A stretch of 64,000 nucleotides of DNA, taken from the NCBI GenBank assembly GCA_965206645.1, contig CBDBKE010000004.1, positions 1,824,001 to 1,888,000 of the forward strand, in the 5' to 3' direction. The notes beneath the pieces are model-generated. The model saw only the letters and a list, made by a program, of their open reading frames with translations. It did not search any database and was not told the DNA's origin. This document shows positions 1 through 10,209 of the stretch, in pieces (the first letter of the stretch is position 1; each line of letters begins with the position of its first letter). The position numbers and the translations under genes are program-made. The stretch comes from Terriglobia bacterium. GTDB taxonomy: Bacteria; Acidobacteriota; Terriglobia; JAJPHL01; JAPKYU01.

Positions 1-1
1 C

Positions 2-1381
2 CTGGGCGAAGTTCCTGACAACTCGTGGTTCACCAACCGCATCGGCTCCCGGCCCATGAGCATCGAGGAACTGCTGAGAGGACCGGGCAACGAGAATGGA
101 CCCTCGATGGAAGGCAAGTGGAGGATCATCGCGGCCAAGACCAAAGGGCTTTCACCCGGTTTCAGGATTCAGGATATGAGAGGCAACAGGCATGTGATGA
201 AATTCGACCCCATCTCGAATCCCGAAATGGCCACCGGCGCCGACGTCCTCGATTCCGCTTTTTTCCATGCTCTGGGTTACAACGTGTCGGAAAACTACCT
301 CGTTACTTTTGATGAAGACAAACTGGTCATCGGCGACGGCACGACCCTGGTCGACGTTGGGAGCCGCAAACGCCCAATGTCGCCTCGCGACGTAACCGAA
401 ATGATGCTCAAAATTCCCCGTGATGCACAGGGTCGAGTCCGTGGAGTGGCCAGCTACATCGTGAAAGGAAAGATACTGGGGGAATTTCGGTATCACGGTA
501 CGCGATCGGATGATCCCAATGATGTGGTTCCCCATGAGCATCGTCGAGATCTGCGGGGATTGTTTGTTTTCTGCGCCTGGCTGGGACACGACGATTCACG
601 CAGCATCAATACGCTCGACACCCTGGTTGAAGAGAACGGCCTGAAGTACGTCAAGCACCATCTTATCGATTTCGGTTCCATCCTGGGCAGCGCGACCGAA
701 AAAGCCAATACTGCCCGGGGAGGGAACGCATACTTCTATGAAACCAAGCCGGCCTTCCTTCAGCTATTTACTCTGGGACTTTACGTTCCCCGCTGGGCCC
801 GCGTCAGGTACCGCACATTCCCGTCTCTCGGGCTGTTCGACTACAGGACCTTTGAACCGGAGAAGTGGAAACCCGAATACCCCAATCCGGCCTACGGCAA
901 CCGCCTCCTGGACGATACCTTTTGGGCTGCCAAGAGGGTCATGAGCTTCACGGACGAGCAGATTCGGGCCATCGTCAAGCTCGCGAACTACAGTGACCCG
1001 GAGGCAGAAGCCTGGCTGGTGAAATGCCTGACCGAACGGCGGAACAAGATCGGAGAGACCTACTTCGCCCGCGTGCTGCCGCTAGACGGGTTTCGCGTCA
1101 ACGGCGACCGTCTGGAGTTTGAAGACCTCCAAGTGAAGTACGGCTTCATGAACGCGCGCGACTACACAGTGCGGTGGTCACGCTTCGACAATGACTCGGA
1201 GACCCACGAGGCTATCGCAGCCGCGTCGAGCTCCGTGTTGCCGGAGGAAGTTCAAAGCGCCGCAATGGGTTCCTATTTCGCCGCCACGATCCAGGGAGAG
1301 GACAAGGAAAAGACAGTAACGGTGTATATCCGTAAGCAGCGCGCTGCATACAAGGTGGTGGGCATCGAGCGCACCTGGTGA
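2..1381 (+). CDS. Hypothetical protein with kinase-like motifs, 5' partial
   Basis: The frame is open from base 2 (LGEVPDNSWFTNRIGSRPM...). It has VMKFD, DDSRSIN and LIDFGS motifs, resembling an atypical kinase catalytic loop and DFG. Confidence 0.7.
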   Translation: MGEVPDNSWFTNRIGSRPMSIEELLRGPGNENGPSMEGKWRIIAAKTKGLSPGFRIQDMRGNRHVMKFDPISNPEMATGADVLDSAFFHALGYNVSENYLVTFDEDKLVIGDGTTLVDVGSRKRPMSPRDVTEMMLKIPRDAQGRVRGVASYIVKGKILGEFRYHGTRSDDPNDVVPHEHRRDLRGLFVFCAWLGHDDSRSINTLDTLVEENGLKYVKHHLIDFGSILGSATEKANTARGGNAYFYETKPAFLQLFTLGLYVPRWARVRYRTFPSLGLFDYRTFEPEKWKPEYPNPAYGNRLLDDTFWAAKRVMSFTDEQIRAIVKLANYSDPEAEAWLVKCLTERRNKIGETYFARVLPLDGFRVNGDRLEFEDLQVKYGFMNARDYTVRWSRFDNDSETHEAIAAASSSVLPEEVQSAAMGSYFAATIQGEDKEKTVTVYIRKQRAAYKVVGIERTW

Positions 1382-1445
1382 GGTGGCCCCGAAAAAATTG
1401 GCCAATTTCTGCTTTCAGCTTGATTTCGGACTTCCGGCTTCTGAG

Positions 1446-1928
1446 TTACATCTTATAGCGGCCCATATCTTCGTCGCCTAAATTCTCCAGCCACTTTCGC
1501 ATCTCTTCGTCGCTGACCTTCTCCGTAGCGCTGGCGATCTTGGAGGACTTCAGCACTTCCTCGTCGACGAAAATCGGACAGTCCAGGCGCAGGGCGACCG
1601 CCAGAGCATCGCTGGGTCGGGAGTCAATGCAGACGAGCTGGCCGTCGCGCTCCACCCAGATGAGGGCAAAGAAGGTGTCCTCGCGTAGGTCGTTCACCAC
1701 CACCTTCTGCACTCCGGCGCTCAACCCCAATAACACGTTTTTGATCAGGTCGTGGGTCATCGGTCGGGGGGTGTTGACCTTCTCGATCTCCAGAGCAATG
1801 GCGTTGGCCTCGTAGATACCCACCCAGATGGGTAGGATGGCGGTGCCGTTCACGTCCTTCAGGATCACGATCGGCATGTTGGTGACCGGATCCATCATCA
1901 GTCCGCGGATTTTCATCTCCACTTCCAT
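1446..1928 (-). CDS. Bifunctional nuclease family protein (DUF151)
   Basis: LPIWVG..EANAI, PRPMTHDL and IDSRPSDALA motifs. Start placed at MEVEMK. Confidence 0.9.
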   Translation of the reverse strand: MEVEMKIRGLMMDPVTNMPIVILKDVNGTAILPIWVGIYEANAIALEIEKVNTPRPMTHDLIKNVLLGLSAGVQKVVVNDLREDTFFALIWVERDGQLVCIDSRPSDALAVALRLDCPIFVDEEVLKSSKIASATEKVSDEEMRKWLENLGDEDMGRYKM

Positions 1929-1978
1929 TGTTCTTCTCCCCTCCAGCAATACTGAAGTGCCGTTGCCGATTCCGTGCG

Positions 1979-3376
1979 TCAGTGTCGCGCCAGCTGTTCA
2001 GCTTCCTCGCGCTCGGCGGCGGGAAGCAACTCCCCGATCAAGCTGTTGGGACCGGCTCTGCCCACCTGCACCCAGGCGTAGGAGCCAAGCCGGTTGCGGT
2101 CAGGCGAGCCTGCGGGAACCGTGAAGTTCAGCACCTTGTTCTGTGAGGTGCGTCCCACCCACTGGTGCAACGCCGGCTGGCGGCCTTCGACCAGTACCTC
2201 CTGGACCGAGTCCACCAGCGCCTGGTTCCGACCCAACTGGATCTGCCGCTGCCTCTCCTGCAGAATCGTCAATCGCCGACCCTTTTGCTCTTCGGGAACC
2301 TGGTTGAAGAACTCCCGTGCTGCAGTATTTGGGCGCGGCGAGTACTTGAACGAAAAGGCGGAATCGTACTGAACTTCCTCCAACAGCGAAAGGGTCTGGG
2401 CAAAGTCCTCCTCGGTCTCGCCAGGGAAGCCCACAATCAGGTCCGTTGTGATGCTGATAGCACGCCGCGCCGTCCGGATACAAGCGATCTTTTCCAGGTA
2501 CTGCTCGCGGCTGTAGCCGCGCTGCATCTGCTCCAGTACGCGGTTGGAGCCGGCCTGCACCGGCAGGTGAACGTGGTCGCACAGCGCCGGGTGGCGGTCG
2601 ATGGCTTCCACGATGTCGGGCGTGAAGTCGCGCGGGTGTGAGGTTGTGAAGCGGACGCGGCGGATGCCTGGCACCTCGGCGACGGCTGAGAGCAGCTCGG
2701 CAAAGCTGAAGCGCGCCGAGGATGGATCGCGGTAGGAGTTGACCGTCTGGCCTAGCAACTGGATCTCCGTGTAGCCCGTCTCGGCCAGGCGGCGCGCCTC
2801 GGCCAGAACGTCGGTGCTGCTGCGGCTGCGCTCCGGCCCCCGAGTGAATGGCACCACGCAAAAGGCGCAGTGATTGTTGCAGCCCTCGATGATGGTGAGA
2901 TAGGCGCGGTACGGGTTGTCGCGCCGGGTAAACTCGGTCTCGAAGGTCTCCTCGGTGTCCAGCTCCAGGCCGGTAACCCGGCGGTTGCCTGACTCCAGTT
3001 GCATCAGAAGTTCCGGCAACTTCCGGTAGCTTGCCGAACCCACCACCAGGCTGACGTGCGGTGCCTTCTCGAAAATTCGCGTCCCTTCCTGCTGCGCCAC
3101 ACAGCCCAGCACGCCGAACAGCTTGCCGCCGAACAGCTTGCCGTTGTTCTGGCCATTGTTCTGCGTCCGCTTGAACTGCCCCAGGCGGGAGAAGACCTTC
3201 TGTTCGGCTTTGTCGCGGATAGAGCAGGTGTTGTACAACACCAGGTCGGCTTCCTCGGGCGTCTCGACGGGCCGGTACCCCTGCGCCATCAACGTGCCCG
3301 CCACCTTCTCGGAGTCGTGCACGTTCATCTGGCAACCGAACGTCTCGATGTAGAAGGTCTTTTGACCGCGTTCCAT
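1979..3376 (-). CDS. miaB: tRNA-i6A37 methylthiotransferase MiaB
   Basis: TFGCQMNVHDSE, NTCSIRDKAEQK, radical SAM motif CNNHCAFC and a C-terminal TRAM region. Confidence 0.95.
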   Translation of the reverse strand: MERGQKTFYIETFGCQMNVHDSEKVAGTLMAQGYRPVETPEEADLVLYNTCSIRDKAEQKVFSRLGQFKRTQNNGQNNGKLFGGKLFGVLGCVAQQEGTRIFEKAPHVSLVVGSASYRKLPELLMQLESGNRRVTGLELDTEETFETEFTRRDNPYRAYLTIIEGCNNHCAFCVVPFTRGPERSRSSTDVLAEARRLAETGYTEIQLLGQTVNSYRDPSSARFSFAELLSAVAEVPGIRRVRFTTSHPRDFTPDIVEAIDRHPALCDHVHLPVQAGSNRVLEQMQRGYSREQYLEKIACIRTARRAISITTDLIVGFPGETEEDFAQTLSLLEEVQYDSAFSFKYSPRPNTAAREFFNQVPEEQKGRRLTILQERQRQIQLGRNQALVDSVQEVLVEGRQPALHQWVGRTSQNKVLNFTVPAGSPDRNRLGSYAWVQVGRAGPNSLIGELLPAAEREEAEQLARH

Positions 3377-3530
3377 TGACGGCCATTATAACAGACCTGC
3401 CGACGATTCAGTGTTTGGTGGTCCTCTCTCGTCCTGGCTGACACGATTTGGAGCACCGTCGTCTGGCATGCCGTTCAGGAGCGCCAAGTGCGGAAATCCG
3501 CAAAGCCAATCCGCTATCATGAGGGCGCCG

Positions 3531-3902
3531 ATGCCACCCGTCCCTCAAGCAGCAAAAGAACGCCTGGCGCGGGAACGTAACATCTGGATCGCTACCGCGC
3601 GTCCGGACGGACGGCCGCATATGGTGCCGGTGTGGTTTACGCAGGTGGAGGACCAGCTCTACATCTGCATTGAGCCGCAAAGCGTGAAAGGGCGGAACCT
3701 GCGGTCCAACCGGAAGGTTTGCCTGGCGCTGGAAGACGGCGTAAACCCTCTCATCTGCGAAGGCGCGGCACAAGTTCTGGAGAAACCCTGGCCGACCGCG
3801 GTGGTTTCAGGGTTCGTCGAAAAATACGGCTGGGACATCTCCGTCGAGCGTCAGTACACCCAGCTTATCGAGATCACTCCACACAAGTGGCTCCACTGGT
3901 GA
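3531..3902 (+). CDS. Pyridoxamine 5'-phosphate oxidase-like (PPOX class) split-barrel protein
   Basis: WIATARPDGRPHMVPVWF and K.RNL..N.KV motifs. ATG 3531 follows GAGGG; 3519 is an alternative start. Confidence 0.8.
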   Translation: MPPVPQAAKERLARERNIWIATARPDGRPHMVPVWFTQVEDQLYICIEPQSVKGRNLRSNRKVCLALEDGVNPLICEGAAQVLEKPWPTAVVSGFVEKYGWDISVERQYTQLIEITPHKWLHW

Positions 3903-3936
3903 GAAGCTCGGAGTACCCATCAGAAGTTCGTTAGTC

Positions 3937-4020
3937 CTGCCTATTTGACATCTTTGACATCCTGACAGTCCGCCATGCGCCATGACACCGCTCAAAGCGG
4001 CGTCTCAGGAGGGCGAAGAT
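3937..4020. repeat. Direct repeat copy 1 of the hydrolase gene 3' end (copy 2 at 4269-4344)
   Basis: Identical to 4269-4344 except for 8 extra bases (gacaccgc). Confidence 0.95.
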
Positions 4021-4268
4021 CACGTTGGCGACCGACATTGACGTATACTTCTGTGATCCTCAGAGTCCATGGCAGCGCGGTTCGAATGAGAACACCAACG
4101 GTCTACTCCGACAGTACTTCCCCAAGGGAACGGACTTGTCGGTGCACTCTCAGGCGCATCTGAACAAGGTGGCACGTCAGCTGAACGAACGGCCCCGTCA
4201 GACGCTGGAGTTTGAAACTCCGGCAGAACGATTTAACGCTTGTGTTGCATCGACCGGTTGAGCTGGCA
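4021..4268 (+). mobile_element. IS30-family remnant: transposase C-terminus and probable right end
   Basis: [31 protein letters not shown]...[16 protein letters not shown] is the IS30 C-terminal signature. The N-terminus is absent. Confidence 0.88.
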
Positions 4269-4272
4269 CTGC

Positions 4273-5922
4273 CTATTTGACATCTTTGACATCCTGACAG
4301 TCCGCCATGCGCCATTCAAAGCGGCGTCTCAGGAGGGCGAAGATGAAGAAGGGCAGAACGGCGAAACGGAGGATGACCCAGCCGGCCAGACGCAGCGACT
4401 CCTGGTCCACAAAGCCCTGCGCCGCGCGGATGGAAACAATCGCCGCCAGGGCCCCGAACAGAGCCAGCACCAGAAGCCAGGCCCCCCATTTTCTTCGCTC
4501 CGGCCCGGCAGTTTTGCCTCGCCGCGGTACAAAGCGCCGAGCCAGGCCCCACAGCCCACCCAGCACCAGGCCTGGCCGGACCAACTCCACGGCCAAGATT
4601 CCCAAGAAAAGCCATCCCGGGCGCAGCACAGCCCCGGTATAGCTGGAAAACAGCAGCCCTCGCGGATAAACGAACAGGTAGGAATTGAGCAGGCCAGTGG
4701 CGTGCCAAAAGGGAAACGCGGGCAGCCCAACTAGCAGGTGTGGATAGCGCCAGAAGTAAGCCCCCTGGTTGACCGCGAGCGTGATCAGCAGGCTGAACCA
4801 GCCCAGCGCAATCAGTGTAATCAGCCGTGCCGCGCGGCTCGCCACACCGCCCGTGGCACCGGTAGGAAGGATTTTGCTTCTTGCGTTGACCACCAGTAGC
4901 AACGCCAGGCTCCACAGCGTCAAGTCGGCGCGGAGCAGTGCAAGTCTTGGCAACGGCACCAGAACCAGTGCCGCCACCAGCACGCCGATCGCGACAGTGA
5001 ACAGGCGCAGCCGTGTGGGGCGCACTCGACGCACCAGCAGCAACCAGCCAAACAGGAACGCCAGGCTGTAGCAGGCGTAAAACCAGGGTGCGACAGCCAG
5101 GCCCGGTCGGGGCGCTGCGCGCCCCTCAAATGAGCTAGTGAACCATTCCAACGCGCGCACCGCCGTGCCGTGGTTTGAAAACTCGGTGAAGTGGTCGGCT
5201 GTGGCGGTCACGCTCAGTCGCCGCGCCGTTCCCCGCCCGAAATCGCCGGTGGTGCGCTCAATTTCCGCGATCCCCTCGCTGTTGCTCGATTCCATCACCT
5301 GCTGCATCTCGGAAAGCGGGCGGAACTCGTCGTAGAGCCCCACCAGCCAGAGCAGGTTCTGCGGCCGGGTCTTGGTGACGTCGCCGGCGATGCCCACCGC
5401 GACAGTGGCGCGCACCCAGGGCTGCTCGATGCCGGCGCGGAGGGCGAGCGTGCCCCCCACGGAATGGCCGATCAGGCCGATGCGGGCGCGGTCCACATCG
5501 GGCCGGAGGACCAGGTAATCCAGTGCGGCGCCGGCGTCCAAGGCTGTGATGGCCAGCAGGTTCTCGCGCAGCAGGCTGCGGTTTTCACCGGGAGCGGCCC
5601 CGCGGAAATCGAACGTCACCACCAGCATGCCTCTCCGCACGAATTCCAGGATCAACGCCAGCCCTGCTTCCGGCGGGCTGTTCACCGGCTGGCAGACCAG
5701 GACAGCGGGCCGCGGGCGCTGTCCCTTGTGCGGCTCGAATACCACCACGCGGAGTGGCATGTCCCGTGCATTCTTCAATACCACTGTGTAGCGGTCGAAG
5801 GACGCCAGCCGAGTCCAGGCCAACATGCCAACCAGTGCGGTCAACAGGAAGAGGCCGGCCAGCAGGTGGTCAAGAAACCGGGGAGCGCGAAGAAGCGGCG
5901 GCGGTATGCGGCTTTGTTCCAT
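4273..5922 (-). CDS. Alpha/beta hydrolase with C-terminal multi-pass membrane domain
   Basis: Nucleophile elbow GHSVGG, FDFRG motif, N-terminal anchor and several hydrophobic helices in the C-terminal half. Confidence 0.8.
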   Translation of the reverse strand: MEQSRIPPPLLRAPRFLDHLLAGLFLLTALVGMLAWTRLASFDRYTVVLKNARDMPLRVVVFEPHKGQRPRPAVLVCQPVNSPPEAGLALILEFVRRGMLVVTFDFRGAAPGENRSLLRENLLAITALDAGAALDYLVLRPDVDRARIGLIGHSVGGTLALRAGIEQPWVRATVAVGIAGDVTKTRPQNLLWLVGLYDEFRPLSEMQQVMESSNSEGIAEIERTTGDFGRGTARRLSVTATADHFTEFSNHGTAVRALEWFTSSFEGRAAPRPGLAVAPWFYACYSLAFLFGWLLLVRRVRPTRLRLFTVAIGVLVAALVLVPLPRLALLRADLTLWSLALLLVVNARSKILPTGATGGVASRAARLITLIALGWFSLLITLAVNQGAYFWRYPHLLVGLPAFPFWHATGLLNSYLFVYPRGLLFSSYTGAVLRPGWLFLGILAVELVRPGLVLGGLWGLARRFVPRRGKTAGPERRKWGAWLLVLALFGALAAIVSIRAAQGFVDQESLRLAGWVILRFAVLPFFIFALLRRRFEWRMADCQDVKDVK

Positions 5923-6271
5923 GCGACGCCGCGGGCGCGGGGCTCACAGGCAACCCGCAACAAGCGCGGCGGTGTGTCCCACTACATCAATAGCCAATCG
6001 CGAGCTTATAGTAGACATGCTTGGAACCACAGTCACCGTTTAAAAAGTGCAGAAGAGGAAGTGGCCGTGAGCAAATTGACTCTAGGGCTTCTTGGCCTGT
6101 GTCTAATATTGGGCGGCCCCTTTCTCGACTTCTTTGTGACTCGACGAAAGCACAAACGTCTGTTGCTGCTGATGAGGGAATTGCTAGACGAACGATCTTC
6201 CTGACCTGCCTGGCGATTTCCGGACCAGCTGAAGCCTGAGAGAATGGCGCCCTCGGAGAAACGAGGGAGCC

Positions 6272-6535
6272 ATGAAGAAGACCCGGTTTACCGAAGAGCA
6301 GATGGTGACGATCCTCCGCGAGGCCGATCAGCGGCCCGTTCCGGAGGTGGCCAAAAAGAACGGCGTCAGCGCCCAGACGCTCTACGCCTGGCGGAAACAC
6401 TTCGGCACGTTGGAGCCCGCCGATGTGAAGCGGCTGCGGCAGCTCGAGCAGGAGAACGGCCGGCTGAAAAAGATGGTGGCCGATCGAGATCTGGAGATCG
6501 ACGTGCTCAAGGAGATCACCCGAAAAAAATGGTAG
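6272..6535 (+). CDS. IS3 transposase OrfA (HTH)
   Basis: MKKTRFTEEQMVTILRE...LEQENGRLKK. An A7 slippery run lies at 6523-6529. Confidence 0.9.
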   Translation: MKKTRFTEEQMVTILREADQRPVPEVAKKNGVSAQTLYAWRKHFGTLEPADVKRLRQLEQENGRLKKMVADRDLEIDVLKEITRKKW

Positions 6536-7452
6536 GCGCACGCGTGCGCCGGCCGCAGGTCGCGTATGCACGTGCACGCGGTCTGTCGGGTCGCCGCGCG
6601 TGCGCCTTGCTCTCCGTCGCACGGTCCACGCTGGGCTACCAGTCGCGGCTGGTCGACCGGGATGCCCCGGCGCTGGCCGCGATGCGTCGTCTGGCGGCGC
6701 AGTATCCGCGGTACGGCTATCGCCGGATTCGGATTTTCCTAAAACGCGAAGGGCACACGATGAGCACGGACCGGACCCATCGCCTCTGGCGCCAGGCGGG
6801 GTTGCAGGTGCCTCGGCGGCGGCCGCGGCGCCGGGTCGCCCTGAGCCGGCCCCGCCCGGTGCCCGCCACTGCGGTCAATCACGTCTGGGCGTACGACTTC
6901 GTGTTCGACACCTGCGCGAATGGGCAGACGCTCAAGTGCCTCACCGTCGTCGACGAATGGACCCGCGAGTCACTCGCGATCGACGTGGCCGGCGGCATTC
7001 GGTCCGGGCGCGTTATCGAGGTGCTCACGCAGCTCGTGAGCGTCCACGGAGCCCCACGTTACCTCCGGTCCGACAACGGCCCCGAGTTTGTCGCGGGTGC
7101 GATTCTCCGGTGGCTGCTCCAGGCGCAGATCGAAACCGCGCTCATCGAGCCGGGCAAGCCGTGGCAGAATGCGACCGACGAATCGTTCAACGGGAAGTTC
7201 CGCGACGAGTATCTGAGCCTGCAGTGGTTTCGGAACCGCGTGGACGCGAAGGTGGGGATCGAGCAATGGCGACGGCACTACAACGACGTGCGACCGCACT
7301 CGAGCCTTGGCTATCTGACGCCAGCCGAGTTCAAAGCGCAGCTCCGTGCTGGCTCGGATGACGGTGGGCGCTCGCCGGCGATGCCGGCTCACGCTGACCA
7401 AGAAGAACACGAGAGCGACTTAACCATGCCGACTGGCGCTGTTCTCCAGTAA
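6529..7452 (+). CDS. IS3 transposase OrfB (DDE), expressed by -1 frameshift
   Basis: YGYRRI, WAYDF, SDNGPEF, ESFNGKFRDE and YN..RPHSSLGYLTP motifs. Confidence 0.9.
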   Translation: MVGARVRRPQVAYARARGLSGRRACALLSVARSTLGYQSRLVDRDAPALAAMRRLAAQYPRYGYRRIRIFLKREGHTMSTDRTHRLWRQAGLQVPRRRPRRRVALSRPRPVPATAVNHVWAYDFVFDTCANGQTLKCLTVVDEWTRESLAIDVAGGIRSGRVIEVLTQLVSVHGAPRYLRSDNGPEFVAGAILRWLLQAQIETALIEPGKPWQNATDESFNGKFRDEYLSLQWFRNRVDAKVGIEQWRRHYNDVRPHSSLGYLTPAEFKAQLRAGSDDGGRSPAMPAHADQEEHESDLTMPTGAVLQ

Positions 7453-8453
7453 TCGGTGGTCCGAAGAAAGCCGGCAGGTCATTCCGAGATACAAGCGGAG
7501 CGCTTTCTACCGAAGAAAAAACTGGAAGGACATTTCCGCGGCCGGAAAGTAGGATTCTATCTCAACGAGGCGTCTTCCTGGTCCCAGTTCTTCTCGCCCC
7601 AGATCCCCTGGCCTGAGTTCCAGATTGCGCTCTCCTGCAATTTCTTTTTCTTCTTCGAGGTCGAAAGAGGAAGGGGCATCCGTGAGGTCATAAGAGCTCA
7701 TTTTGACTACCGTCCTCCGTTAGGCCGTAAGCTGAAGATCGGTGATCCCGACCTGGACAGGAAGTTCCGATTCTATTACGGCTCTCGCCGTGGGCTAAGC
7801 GCCATTGGAAGGTTGATCCGAAGATTGCTCCGTCGCTATTGCGGTCCCGACGGCTACACTCGGGACCAACAAGTTGATGACAGTCTGCAATTCATTGAAT
7901 GGGTAAAGCGTCCCGAAGTCCGAGACTGCCTTCAGTTGTTGCTGGCCCCACATCACGCACACCGTCTCGGGTTCAGGATCGGGGCCCTTGGTGATTCCGC
8001 GCTTGAGGTGACCCATGGTCCGTATCGTAAGAAGCACCTGGCGTTGGCAATGTGCAGAACTGCTTGCGGAAATCTGGAGACACTGGCGCAGTCGCTGGAG
8101 AAGGCCTTTCGAGACGCCAAACTTGGAGGTTCGTCACTACATTCGTCAACATCCTCGTTGAATTACCCCCCCCACAGTTAATGGGCGCTCTTAACCAGAC
8201 GCGTCCCTCATTGCCACGCAGGGTGCACGATCACGGAGGGTGGGCGCCTCTAGCCGCACGGCGGCGTTCTCCCCAACTGGCGCACAGCATAGCCAAAACG
8301 GGGACGGAGGTAAAGGCACGCCGCGGCCTGTTCGGAGACCGACAAAGCCGCCAAGCTCGCCTGCTTTTCCTTTGGACAAGGCCGAGACTTCGCGTTATAC
8401 GGTGGGAGCCAGGGGCGTTTTAAAATCTTACTCAGTCACGGAAGGGGGCAGGA

Positions 8454-10166
8454 ATGAGCTTGCCGCTGCTCGCAGTGATCGTGATGTTGCTGCTCATCGC
8501 TGGCTACAGCCTCTACGGAAGATTCGTGGCCCGGCTGGTGGCCCTGGACCCGAACCGGCCCACTCCCGCCGCCACCGTCAACGATGGCGTGGATTTCGTG
8601 CCCACCCCCCGCTTCTATCTGCTGGGGCAGCATTTCTCTGCCATTGCCGCTGCCGGGCCCATCGCCGGCCCCATCATTGCCTGCATTTATTTTGGCTGGC
8701 TGCCCTCGATCTTGTGGATTGTCCTGGGGGTGATCTTCATTGGCGCGGTGCACGATTTCTCCAGTCTCATCGCCTCGTTGCGTCACGGGGCGCGCTCGAT
8801 CGCCGAGATCATGCGGGAGAACGTAAGCCGCCGCGCCTGGTGGGCCATGCTGAGCTTCATCTGGATCGCCCTGATCTACGTCATCGTGGCCTTTGCCGAC
8901 ATCACCGCCAGTACCTTCGTCGGCGACACCCAGGAGTTTCCGCTCCAAAACGTCACCTTCAACCCTGGCGGAGCCGTGGCGCTGGCCAGCACGCTGTACC
9001 TGCTGCTGGCCGTAGTGATGGGCTTGGTCCGAAGGTTTTGGAACCCGCCGCTGTGGCTGCTGACGGTAACCTTTGTCCCGGCCACATTCGTGCTGGTGTG
9101 GCTGAGCACCAAGGTTTCCACTCTGTTCGTCTTTGCCTCCCAAAACCCAGTCAAGATGTGGGGCCTGTTGATTCTGGCCTATTGCTTTGTGGCCTCGCTG
9201 GTGCCGGTGTGGGCGCTGCTGCAACCCCGGGGGTACCTGGGTGGCTTCGTCCTCTACACTGCGCTAGCCGTGGGAGTGTTTGGGGTGTTCTTCGGCAACT
9301 TTGAGATCTCCCAGGAAGCCTTCAAAACCTGGAGTGCCACAGCCAAAGACGGCTCGGCGATCCCGCTGTTCCCCTTCCTGTTTGTCACCATTGCTTGCGG
9401 CGCCTGTTCCGGCTTCCACGGCCTGGTCTGTTCCGGCACGACTTCCAAACAGATCGCCTGTGAGCCCGACAGCCGGTCCATCGGCTACGGGGCGATGCTG
9501 CTGGAAGGATTTGTGGCCCTGATTGCCCTGGCCACCATCATGATCGTGCTGCCGAAGGACACCGTCGGCCTGGCGCCGGGAACCATTTATGGAAACGGCC
9601 TGGGCTCCTTCCTGACAGTCCTCATCGGCGAGAAGCATCGTTTGTTTGCGGTGACCTTCGGGACCATGGCCTTCTCTACTTTTGTCTTTGATACGCTGGA
9701 CGTGGCCACCCGCCTGGGCCGCCACATTGTGCTGGAGCTGTTCGACTGGAAAGGGAAGCGGGGCATGATAGCGGCCACCGCCATCACGCTCCTTCCGGCC
9801 TACATTTTCATCGCCACGGCGGAGAAGGGCGCCTACCTGAAATTCTGGACGCTGTTTGGCACCTCCAACCAGTTGCTGGCTGCCCTCACCTTGCTGGCCG
9901 TTACCCGCTGGTTGATGCGTACCGGACGCCCCTACTGGTTCACCCTGCTGCCTATGCTCTTCATGATGACGATTTCGCTGTGGGCGCTGGTCACCCAGTT
10001 TGCCAATTTCAGCGGCACCGTGCTGGACCAGGGGTTGCTGGCTGCCGGCGTCACGGCCGCCAACGCGATTGGCGCGCTGGTGCTGCTGATCATGACCGGC
10101 GTCATTCTCTGGGAAGCTCGCCGCGCGCACATCCAGGGGAGGCTGGAACTGGAGTTGGCCAAGTGA
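8454..10166 (+). CDS. cstA: Carbon starvation protein CstA-family transporter
   Basis: DGVDFVP, GQHFSAIAAAGPIAGP, GAVHDF, TIACGACSGFHGLV and FGTSNQLLA motifs. Confidence 0.92.
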   Translation: MSLPLLAVIVMLLLIAGYSLYGRFVARLVALDPNRPTPAATVNDGVDFVPTPRFYLLGQHFSAIAAAGPIAGPIIACIYFGWLPSILWIVLGVIFIGAVHDFSSLIASLRHGARSIAEIMRENVSRRAWWAMLSFIWIALIYVIVAFADITASTFVGDTQEFPLQNVTFNPGGAVALASTLYLLLAVVMGLVRRFWNPPLWLLTVTFVPATFVLVWLSTKVSTLFVFASQNPVKMWGLLILAYCFVASLVPVWALLQPRGYLGGFVLYTALAVGVFGVFFGNFEISQEAFKTWSATAKDGSAIPLFPFLFVTIACGACSGFHGLVCSGTTSKQIACEPDSRSIGYGAMLLEGFVALIALATIMIVLPKDTVGLAPGTIYGNGLGSFLTVLIGEKHRLFAVTFGTMAFSTFVFDTLDVATRLGRHIVLELFDWKGKRGMIAATAITLLPAYIFIATAEKGAYLKFWTLFGTSNQLLAALTLLAVTRWLMRTGRPYWFTLLPMLFMMTISLWALVTQFANFSGTVLDQGLLAAGVTAANAIGALVLLIMTGVILWEARRAHIQGRLELELAK

Positions 10167-10209
10167 AGCGCGTGTCCTCCACCGTTTCGCGTGCGCCAAC
10201 TTGCAACGA

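Larger units (their letters stand above)
6202..7481 (+). mobile_element. IS3-family insertion sequence, complete
   Basis: Imperfect terminal IRs TGACCTGCC...CGGACCA and TGGTCCG...GGCAGGTCA, 4-bp TTCC target duplication, overlapping orfA/orfB. Confidence 0.95.
6067..8181 (+). pseudogene. Membrane-anchored hypothetical protein (about 276 aa) interrupted by IS3
   Basis: 6067-6201 and 7486-8181 join in frame (...LLDERSS|EIQAERF...) once the IS and one TTCC copy are removed. Confidence 0.75.
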
